From positions 246,467-310,466 of the forward strand of contig JBAZSB010000001.1 of NCBI GenBank assembly GCA_041662625.1: 64,000 nucleotides of DNA, given 5' to 3'. The position numbers and the translations under genes were made by a program. Under the pieces are notes generated by a model. That model ran no database searches, was not told where the DNA came from, and worked only from the letters and a program-made list of their open reading frames with translations. This document shows positions 56,638 to 64,000 of this stretch, in pieces. How positions within the stretch are numbered: position 1 is the first letter of the stretch; each line of letters begins with the position of its first letter. Source of the stretch: Patescibacteria group bacterium. GTDB lineage: Bacteria > Patescibacteriota > Patescibacteriia > Buchananbacterales > UBA6539.

Positions 56638-56926
56638 AAAATTGGAACTAACTACCGCAACCAACCCAAAAATTTTTAAATTTAAATCAATAATGATGGT
56701 TCAAGGGATGGGGGTTTGGGGGTCAACTTTGAGCCCACTGCGAGCCGGAAGAGATTTGATTGGCGTTAAAGGCGAATAGTTGACCCCCAAAACTTTTGGT
56801 TACTTTTGGTTACAAAAGTAACCCCTGCCGGAGGCAAAAGCTAAAAAGTAGGTTAGAGATTTGATTGGCCTGGGTGATAGAAAGAGAAAAATAACTTATT
56901 AGAGCTTATAATCATTAAAGAAACAT

Positions 56927-57862
56927 TCACTTTAAAATCTCTTTAATGTCTTTAATGCTTTCGACTCTAACCAACCTTTGGCGCAAATCCGCCGCACCGG
57001 GGAAACCCTTGGCATAGTAAGCCAGATGTTTTCTGGTTTCAATAATCCCCCACTTCCCTTTGGTTTTTTCGGCCAACCTCGCATGTTTAATGGCCACTTT
57101 TTTTATATCTTTGAAGTCTAATTCGTGATAATTACCTTTTTTTAAAAAATCCTTGATTTGTTTAAACAGCCAAGGCTTGCCATAAAGCCCGCGGGCCAAA
57201 CCCACTCCATCAACGCCAGTTTTTTCCAGCATCAGTTTAGCGTCTTCAGGCCTATTAATCCCGCCATTGCCTAAAACAATGCCGGAAAAATTAACTTTTA
57301 CTTTTCTAATCATTTCATAATCAATCGGCGCCGAGTAAGGATTTTTGAAAGGCCGGCCGTGAATCATAACGGCGGCTAATCGCAGATCGCTAATCGCTTT
57401 AATAAAATCCAAGGCAGTAACTTTATCATATCCCGAACGAATCTTAACTGAAACTGGCAAGCTGGTATTCTCTAGCACTACTTGGATTAGTTTGCGGCAA
57501 TGCTTTAAATCACGCATCATGGTTACGCCACCGCCGTGCGCCACAACTTTTCTGGCCGGACAGCCGAAATTCAAATCAATCCCATCAAAGCCGGCTTTTT
57601 GGACAATCTTTGCCGCTTTAGCAAACATTTCTGGCCGCTTACCAAAAAGCTGGCAGACAATAGGTTTTTCTGCCTTTTTAAACTTTAGTAATTCTAAAGT
57701 TTTTTTAGCATCATAATGCAAACCGTCAGCGGAAATCATTTCAGTGTAAACTACATCCGCGCCAAAAGACTTGCAAAGCTGACGGAAAGCTGAGTCAGAA
57801 ACACCCGCCATTGGGGCGAGCGCTAAAATTGGCTTATGAAGTTTTAACCAGAAGTTATTCAT
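56927..57862 (-). CDS. tRNA-dihydrouridine synthase (DusB-like)
   Basis: LAPMAGVSDSAFRQLCKSFGADVVYTEMISADGL; TIM-barrel Dus pattern; 311 aa. Confidence 0.85.
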   Translation of the reverse strand: MNNFWLKLHKPILALAPMAGVSDSAFRQLCKSFGADVVYTEMISADGLHYDAKKTLELLKFKKAEKPIVCQLFGKRPEMFAKAAKIVQKAGFDGIDLNFGCPARKVVAHGGGVTMMRDLKHCRKLIQVVLENTSLPVSVKIRSGYDKVTALDFIKAISDLRLAAVMIHGRPFKNPYSAPIDYEMIRKVKVNFSGIVLGNGGINRPEDAKLMLEKTGVDGVGLARGLYGKPWLFKQIKDFLKKGNYHELDFKDIKKVAIKHARLAEKTKGKWGIIETRKHLAYYAKGFPGAADLRQRLVRVESIKDIKEILK

Positions 57863-57954
57863 ATTCTTACTTTTTCTTTGTCACCCTAAATTTAATTCAG
57901 GGTCTCATTAATATAATGAGATTCCGGATTAAATCCGGAATGACAATAGTAAGA

Positions 57955-59082
57955 CTATTTTTCATTAATCTTATTATAAACAAAATCAGCTAAATCAGTA
58001 GCAGAATTTGGTTTACCAATCTTTTTTGCCGCTTCTTTCATGGCCGAAATCTTTTCTGGATTGTTAAGCAATTCATTAACGACACCGGCCACTTCGGAAA
58101 AATTACTGACTTTTACCGCCGCGCCTTTGCTGACTAAATAATTAACGTTATCTTCCTCCTGACCCGGGATCACTTTGTTAATTATCATTGGCAGGCCTTT
58201 GGCCATGCATTCCGAAACGGTCAGGCCGCCGGCTTTGGAAAAAATAACATCAGAAACCGTCATTAATTCATGCATGTTATCAATAAAACCAAAAACCTTA
58301 GTATTGGAATCACCGTCTAAGTTTGAATTTTCAATCGCGGTTTTTAATTCCTTATCTCGGCCAGCCACCACTAAAAATTGGACCTTATCTTTATTCGCTT
58401 TTTGGACTCCGCCAATTACCTTTTGTAAGGCGGCAAAAGTGAACTGGCCGCCGACAATCAACATGGTAAATAAATTGGGATCCAGACCGAATTTTTTCAT
58501 TAACTCGGGTTTAGAGAAATTTTGGCTGAATTTAAGCTCAATTGGAATTCCAGTCACCACCATTTTATTTGGCACGGCATCATAATTTTGCAGACATTTG
58601 GCAACGTCTTGGGTGGCCACAAAATAATAATTTACCTCGGGATCAACCCAAAAACTGTGGCAGCCAAAATCAGTCACGACCATCGAGGACAAAATATCAA
58701 TTATATCTTTTCTTTTAGAGCTGGAAACCAATATCATTGGTAAAGGATGGGTGGAAACAATGAAATCGGGGTTAAATTCCTTGATAAACGGAATAAAATT
58801 GCCTTCAATGGCCAGCTTAGACAAGGCAGTGGGCAATTTTTGGCTGGATTTTTTATTAAAAGTCCGGTACAACCAACCCCAAAGCTCCGGCTTTTTGGCG
58901 CTGACATAATTATAACCATCAACAAAAACTTTCTTGTAGAGCTTGGCAGCATAATCAATCACATCAACTCGCTTAACTTCCACTTCCGGATATTTATTTT
59001 TGAAAGCCTCTTCAACGGCTTTCGCCGCGGTGACATGGCCCATGCCACCAGTGGCATATACGATTAAGACTTTTTTTGGCAT
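57955..59082 (-). CDS. MGDG-synthase-like / GT28 diacylglycerol glycosyltransferase
   Basis: KVLIVYATGGMGHVTAAKAVEEAF N-terminal MGDG_synth pattern; C-terminal GT28-like domain; 375 aa. Confidence 0.75.
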   Translation of the reverse strand: MPKKVLIVYATGGMGHVTAAKAVEEAFKNKYPEVEVKRVDVIDYAAKLYKKVFVDGYNYVSAKKPELWGWLYRTFNKKSSQKLPTALSKLAIEGNFIPFIKEFNPDFIVSTHPLPMILVSSSKRKDIIDILSSMVVTDFGCHSFWVDPEVNYYFVATQDVAKCLQNYDAVPNKMVVTGIPIELKFSQNFSKPELMKKFGLDPNLFTMLIVGGQFTFAALQKVIGGVQKANKDKVQFLVVAGRDKELKTAIENSNLDGDSNTKVFGFIDNMHELMTVSDVIFSKAGGLTVSECMAKGLPMIINKVIPGQEEDNVNYLVSKGAAVKVSNFSEVAGVVNELLNNPEKISAMKEAAKKIGKPNSATDLADFVYNKINEK

Positions 59083-59085
59083 TAT

Positions 59086-59160
59086 ATTTAGGAATTAGGA
59101 ATTAGGAATTAGGAATTAGGACCAATTTCCTAACTTCCTAATTCTTAATTCCTTATTCAC
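59086..59160. repeat. Intergenic palindromic repeat, family 2, copy 2, with (aggaatt)x4 tandem core
   Basis: tttaggaattaggaattaggaattaggaattagga-ccaatttcctaacttcctaattcttaattcctta. Confidence 0.75.
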
Positions 59161-60557
59161 TTCCTTGTCTTGATAACAAAACTATCATTAGCATCCTCAA
59201 CTAAATAACCTTCTAACTCAATTTGTTTGCGTAGATCATCAGCTTTCTGCCAGTCTTTTGACAGCCGAGCTTTTTGCCGCTGCTCGGCAAGATTGATGAC
59301 TTCTTTAGGTACTTCTTTGACTTCAGCTAAATTTAGGCCAAGCACTTGATCAAAATCCAGCAACGTTGCTTTTTTGTCACCAGACTTTTCGCTGCTTCTT
59401 AGTAGATCCCAAACAACTGATAAGGCTTTTGGAATATTAAAATCATCACTCAGAGCAGCAATAAACTTATCTTGATATTCTTTAGCTACTTTGCCCTTAC
59501 CATCTAAAAGTCTGATTTCATTTTGCAGCTGAACTAAAGCATTACTCGCTGACTGTAAAGCCGGCCAAGTAAAATTCTGTTTTGACCGATAATGGGCCTG
59601 CAAAAAAAAGTAACGCAGCACCAACGGGTCAAAATCTTTATCTCTAATTTCCTGCAAAGAATAACTGGTGCCGGCAGATTTTGACATCTTACCGCCATCA
59701 ACAGTCAAGTGCTCATTGTGTAACCAGTAGTTAACGAATTTTTTGCCACTTGCCGCTTCGCTTTGAGCGATTTCGTTAGTGTGGTGAACCGGAATATGCT
59801 CAATGCCGCCCATATGAATATCTAAAGTGTCGCCCAAGTATTTCTGCGACATGGCTGAGCATTCAATATGCCAGCCGGGAAAACCTTCACCGTCTTTAAC
59901 CAAAGCAGAATTAAACGGACTGGGCCAAGTCTGCAAAGCGTTTTTATGCACGCCGGCTTTAAAAAACCACAAAGCAAAATCCGCCGGGTGCTTCTTGGCT
60001 GGATCGCTGACTTCGCCTTTACCGGCATCGCTGATATTTTTTTCCAAATCCTGGCCGGAAAGCTGGTTATAATTTTTTGCCTTACTGACGTCAAAATAAA
60101 CTGCTAAATCGGTCTGATAAGCATAGCCATTATCTAGAAGCATCTGCACCATTTTTATCATTTCTTTAATATGCTTGGTAGCCACTGGTTTTTTCCAGGG
60201 TTCTAAAACATTTAAATCTTTAACATCTTGCTCAAAAACTTTTGTGTACTTGGCGGCGATTTCTTCTGGCGTTTTGCCTTCACGCCTTGCCCCTTTTTCC
60301 AATTTATCTTCGCCTAAATCTTGATCACTGGTTAAATGGCCGACATCCGTGTAATTCCTGACAAATTTTACTTTATAGCCTAAGTAATCCAATGACCGCA
60401 CCATCAAATCCGCTAAAACCATGGCCCGCATATTGCCGATATGCTGGGTCCAGTAAACCGTAGGCCCGCACTGATAAAAAGTGACCACTTTATCTTTAAG
60501 CGGCTTAAATTCTTCTTTTTTACGAGCCAGGGTATTATATAAAAATAATTTTTCCAT
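59157..60557 (-). CDS. cysS: Cysteine--tRNA ligase
   Basis: CGPTVY signature, HIGN (HIGH-type) motif, KMSKS motif; 466 aa. Confidence 0.9.
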   Translation of the reverse strand: MEKLFLYNTLARKKEEFKPLKDKVVTFYQCGPTVYWTQHIGNMRAMVLADLMVRSLDYLGYKVKFVRNYTDVGHLTSDQDLGEDKLEKGARREGKTPEEIAAKYTKVFEQDVKDLNVLEPWKKPVATKHIKEMIKMVQMLLDNGYAYQTDLAVYFDVSKAKNYNQLSGQDLEKNISDAGKGEVSDPAKKHPADFALWFFKAGVHKNALQTWPSPFNSALVKDGEGFPGWHIECSAMSQKYLGDTLDIHMGGIEHIPVHHTNEIAQSEAASGKKFVNYWLHNEHLTVDGGKMSKSAGTSYSLQEIRDKDFDPLVLRYFFLQAHYRSKQNFTWPALQSASNALVQLQNEIRLLDGKGKVAKEYQDKFIAALSDDFNIPKALSVVWDLLRSSEKSGDKKATLLDFDQVLGLNLAEVKEVPKEVINLAEQRQKARLSKDWQKADDLRKQIELEGYLVEDANDSFVIKTRK

Positions 60558-60640
60558 AATTAAATTTTAGCTGTTTTTAAGCTTTTAGGCAAGAAAAAAG
60601 CCCGGCGTTTTGTACCAAGCTAATTTACTTTCTTACTTTC

Positions 60641-61948
60641 TTATCTCACCCACTCTTTATCCTGTCTAACCAGCAATTCTGCTGCTTTCTGCGGTTCAGC
60701 CATTAATTCTTTGACTGCCTTTTCCATCCGCATACCTTGCGAACCTTTAATTAAAAGCAAGTCACCTTCATTAATTCGCTGCTGTAAAAATTTACCAGCT
60801 TCTAAACTATTTGGGAAATTGAAACAGTGATCTTTAGACATTCCTTTTTTGATTGCCCCCCGGACCGTATCACGCGAAATTTCACCAACCGTGATTAAAT
60901 AGTCAATCCCATATTCAACCACAGCTTCGCCAATTTCCTGATGGGCTTGTTCGGCAATTACCCCTAGCTCCAGCATATCCCCTAAAACGGCATACTTTTT
61001 ATGGTGCGAGTTTAAATTGATCTGGCTGAGCTGATACAAAGCCTGGCGCACTGCTAAAGGCGAAGAATTATAAGTATCGTCAATAATCAAAGTATTTTTA
61101 ATGCCTGGAATTATCCGCATCCGGCCAAGAGGTGGTTGGAAGTTTTTTAGGGCCGCAACAATATTGTGTAAATTTAAATTATAAATTATACCAACCGCAA
61201 TCGCTGCTAAAGCTGTGGGAACCAAATGCCGGCCTAAAACTTTGGGTAAAAGTACTGGAACGGTTTTACCTTGATAAACGACTTTAAAACTGATTCCTTG
61301 AATGGTAGAAACATCTTTATAACTAACGTCATGACTGATGGCAATGTCTGAGGCCGAAACATCGGCCTGGGGCAAATTGCCAAAAGTTATCACTTTAGCT
61401 TTGGTTCTTTCCCTCATCGGCTGAACTAACTTATCGTCATAATTTAAAACCGCATAACCGTCTTTGGCCAAATTTTGGATTAACATTCCTTTTTCTTTAG
61501 CAATCATCTCTAAAGTGCCAAAAAATTCTAAATGGACTGGGGCAATTGTCGTTATCACTCCGACTTTGACCGGAACAAAGCTGGTTAAATATTTGATATC
61601 GCCAACTCGGTCTGCCCCCATTTCCAAAACTAAAATTTTTGGATAGTTATTGTCCTTTTTGATTAATAAACCTGCAGCTTTTATAAATACACCAAACCAC
61701 TTAAATGGATTCTTACCACCAGCTTCAGCGCCAATAATTGTTAAAGGAATGCCAATCTCATTATTATAATTTTTTTGGTTCCGCCGGCAATTGAAAGCCG
61801 AGGCTAGTACGGTATAAATTGCTTCTTTAGTTGAAGTTTTGCCAACGCTGCCAGTAATGGCTACAACTTCGGGCTTATATTTATTCAAAATCGCCTTAGC
61901 CAGAAATCTAAGTTTTAGCTCAAGAATTTTCTTAAAAATATTTTTCAT
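60641..61948 (-). CDS. murF: UDP-N-acetylmuramoyl-tripeptide--D-alanyl-D-alanine ligase MurF
   Basis: VVAITGSVGKTSTKEAI P-loop; Mur ligase middle and C-terminal domains. Confidence 0.85.
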   Translation of the reverse strand: MKNIFKKILELKLRFLAKAILNKYKPEVVAITGSVGKTSTKEAIYTVLASAFNCRRNQKNYNNEIGIPLTIIGAEAGGKNPFKWFGVFIKAAGLLIKKDNNYPKILVLEMGADRVGDIKYLTSFVPVKVGVITTIAPVHLEFFGTLEMIAKEKGMLIQNLAKDGYAVLNYDDKLVQPMRERTKAKVITFGNLPQADVSASDIAISHDVSYKDVSTIQGISFKVVYQGKTVPVLLPKVLGRHLVPTALAAIAVGIIYNLNLHNIVAALKNFQPPLGRMRIIPGIKNTLIIDDTYNSSPLAVRQALYQLSQINLNSHHKKYAVLGDMLELGVIAEQAHQEIGEAVVEYGIDYLITVGEISRDTVRGAIKKGMSKDHCFNFPNSLEAGKFLQQRINEGDLLLIKGSQGMRMEKAVKELMAEPQKAAELLVRQDKEWVR

Positions 61949-61957
61949 AGCTTATAG

Positions 61958-63703
61958 CTAATAATCCGGCGGTATCTGATAATAGTTTAACAGAAATTCA
62001 GCAATTTGCCTAAACAACGGCCCTAGGCTATCTGAAGCAAAACCAATCCCTTGCGGATTATTGAGTTTCAGTAGCATGACAAATTTCGGTTTACTTACCG
62101 GCCCATAGCCGATAAAAGTATGGATAGTTTTTCCGCTATAACCGCCGTTTTTCCCAGCCACCTGGGCGGTACCAGTCTTTGCCGCTAAATAATACCCGGC
62201 GACTTTGGCTTTTTTATCATAACCTTTTTCCGTCACTGAAACCAGCATCCCGGTCAGTAAAGCGGCTGACTTTGGCGCCATCACTTGTCTGATTGTCTGA
62301 GGTTGAATCACTTCTTTGGTACCATCAAGCTTGATAATTTCGGAAACAATATAAGGTTTGCTTAAAATGCCATTATTAGCCATGGCGCCATAAGCCGCGA
62401 CTAACTGTAAAGGCGTTATGGTAATCCCTTGACCAAAAGAAGCAGTTAAATAATAAACATCGCCTTTCTTATCTAATTGGGAAATATCACCCGGCACTTC
62501 TTTATCTAAAGTAATGCCGGTATTTTTGCCGAATCCAAAATCATTAACATACTTTCTGAGAGTTTCCTTACCAACTTTTTCCGCGGCAAACATGGCACCG
62601 GTATTAAGTGACTCTTCCAGGACTTCAGTCATGGTTTTAACCCCATGGGCTTTATTGTCAAAATTTCTAATTTTAAAAGGGCCAACTTTGACTTCACCCG
62701 TATCCTCATAAGTAGTGTCCGGAGAAACCTTCCCTGTATCCAAGGCGGCGGCCATCGTGATTGGTTTAAAGACTGAACCAGGTTCGTAATCAGAAAAAAT
62801 CGCCGGGTTGTTTAAATAATTGATATCTTCAACGGCATTATAATTATCCGGGTCAAAATCAGGAAAATTACACATCGCTAAAATTGCCCCCCTTGGTTCC
62901 ATAATAATTACTGTGGCACTCTCCGCTTTGAAATACTCATAAAAGTGTTTAAGTTTCTGGCAGGCAGTGAATTGAACGTGGCGGTCAATGGTTGTAACTA
63001 AATCCACACCGTTTTCTGCTTTTTGAACTGAACGCGGACCAATGGTAATCAAAGAACCCAGGGCATCTTTGACTGACTTAAGTAAACCCGATTTGCCGGA
63101 AAGTTCTTTATTAAAATAACCTTCCAGACCATACTGACCAATTCTTTTATCATTTTCAACACTGACAAACCCAAAAATATGGCCGCCAATCCCCGTCTCC
63201 GGATAAAACCGATATGATTCGGGGGAAAAACCAATGCCGGTTAAATTCAAAGCTTTAATTTGTTCCATCTGCTGTTTAGTTACTTTATGTTTAATTGGTT
63301 CATAGGGGTCATTAGTTTTAGCTAAACGGCCGAGTAAATCCTTCCATTCTTCTTCCTTTAAATCTAAAATTGGCGTAATTGAATCAACAATTTTTTTGGG
63401 GCTTTCAATCTTGACCGGTTCGGCAAAAACCAGATAATAATCCCGATTGGTGACTAGGGGGTAAAGTTCGCCTTGCTCATTAGTATAAATTGATCCCCGG
63501 ACCGGAAATAAATTTTTATAAACTTCCTGTTTGTCTGAAGCCAAAGCCAAATAAAAGGAATTTTGTAATACTTGAAGACTAAATAAGCGTAAAATTATAA
63601 TCAGACCAAAGACAAAAATAAAACCGACTAAAATTAATAGCCGTTTTTCAAAAACTGATGGTAAAACGTCTGGTTTTTGCCGCAGTAAAATTGCCATAAT
63701 CAC
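61958..63703 (-). CDS. Penicillin-binding protein 2 / FtsI-type transpeptidase
   Basis: N-terminal TM; SxxK (SVFKP), SxN (SLN), KTGT (KTGTAQ) motifs. Confidence 0.9.
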   Translation of the reverse strand: MIMAILLRQKPDVLPSVFEKRLLILVGFIFVFGLIIILRLFSLQVLQNSFYLALASDKQEVYKNLFPVRGSIYTNEQGELYPLVTNRDYYLVFAEPVKIESPKKIVDSITPILDLKEEEWKDLLGRLAKTNDPYEPIKHKVTKQQMEQIKALNLTGIGFSPESYRFYPETGIGGHIFGFVSVENDKRIGQYGLEGYFNKELSGKSGLLKSVKDALGSLITIGPRSVQKAENGVDLVTTIDRHVQFTACQKLKHFYEYFKAESATVIIMEPRGAILAMCNFPDFDPDNYNAVEDINYLNNPAIFSDYEPGSVFKPITMAAALDTGKVSPDTTYEDTGEVKVGPFKIRNFDNKAHGVKTMTEVLEESLNTGAMFAAEKVGKETLRKYVNDFGFGKNTGITLDKEVPGDISQLDKKGDVYYLTASFGQGITITPLQLVAAYGAMANNGILSKPYIVSEIIKLDGTKEVIQPQTIRQVMAPKSAALLTGMLVSVTEKGYDKKAKVAGYYLAAKTGTAQVAGKNGGYSGKTIHTFIGYGPVSKPKFVMLLKLNNPQGIGFASDSLGPLFRQIAEFLLNYYQIPPDY

Positions 63704-63770
63704 TAGTAATTATACACTATTAAACCCCGTTAATAAAACGGGGTTTAAATATGAAGTTAAATTGAAAATT

Positions 63771-64000
63771 TTAACGGGCCAAAGCAACCGGTGTGGGCAT
63801 TAAATAAGCTGGCTCACCCGCTGCGACTAACCCAAGCTGACTTACCTTTTCCTGGACTGTTCCCATTGATTGTAAACTTAAAGTCTGAAGCTCCAAATCG
63901 GCTTTTTCTTGATTCAAATCCGTAATTTTGTTTTCCAGTTCTTTAATTTGATAGCCACGAGTAGCCAAACTATTAATTTGGACTAGGTAACTGACTCCGC
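63771..64000 (-). CDS. FtsL-like cell-division protein, 5' end beyond the window
   Basis: Open frame continues to position 64000. The visible part has a hydrophobic segment then a coiled coil (QIKELENKITDLNQEKADLELQ). Sits upstream of ftsI and murF. Confidence 0.6.
   Translation of the reverse strand, partial: GVSYLVQINSLATRGYQIKELENKITDLNQEKADLELQTLSLQSMGTVQEKVSQLGLVAAGEPAYLMPTPVALAR

Noticed and set aside
55834-56664. Minus-strand ORFs of 76, 79 and 124 aa within the GC-rich three-gene island
   Set aside because: Plus-strand ORFs have strong Shine-Dalgarno sites, coupling overlaps and a downstream terminator. The minus-strand frames lack these and are typical high-GC antisense artefacts.
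59086-59160. CRISPR-like appearance of the (aggaatt)n tandem array
   Set aside because: Unit length of 7 nt with no spacers. It is a palindromic microsatellite, not a CRISPR array. No cas genes in the window.

Overview
Low-GC (~35-40%) bacterial chromosome segment, densely packed, almost entirely transcribed on the minus strand. The gene content is Gram-positive-like or Patescibacteria-like (a SipW-type signal peptidase, camelysin/TasA-family proteins, an MGDG-synthase-like glycosyltransferase), and that phylum call is inference only. Bases 1-17.7 kb are an accessory cell-surface locus holding nine proteins. Three large secreted proteins, including a 2072-aa multidomain giant (vWA, SdrD-B, DUF642-like, PA14, Cys-rich MopE-like and Myxococcus-type repeats), share a nearly identical C-terminal cassette: poly-Gly linker, purple-acid-phosphatase-N-like Fn3 domain, Pro/Thr/Glu stalk and a two-helix membrane anchor with a YPQCWL motif. 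An LTD/BNR protein follows. Next is an ER/archaeal-type (SipW-class) signal peptidase I, immediately preceded by four tandem camelysin/TasA-like paralogues with SipW-cognate N-termini. Bases 18-64 kb are mostly housekeeping: dnaX-ybaB, rplY, rodA, typA, greA, the CIRCE-hrcA-grpE-hsp20-dnaK-dnaJ operon, rpmE-prfA-prmC, corA, dus, cysS, murF, ftsI and ftsL. Five sharply GC-rich (~55-60%) islands interrupt this backbone. They carry a DegT aminotransferase, a promoter/hypothetical/terminator unit plus a Gfo-Idh-MocA/DapB-like pair, a non-coding-looking insert splitting prfA from prmC, a 270-bp insert flanked by a duplicated prmC 3' end with a strong-RBS 45-aa ORF, and a three-gene small-protein operon with its own terminator. 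Other points: tRNA-Gln(CUG) and tRNA-Glu(CUC) genes; a tRNA-associated mini-element present in two copies; two families of long intergenic palindromic repeats; a G9 homopolymer tract; and an inorganic-pyrophosphatase/methyltransferase fusion. No rRNA, CRISPR array or recognisable transposase was found.
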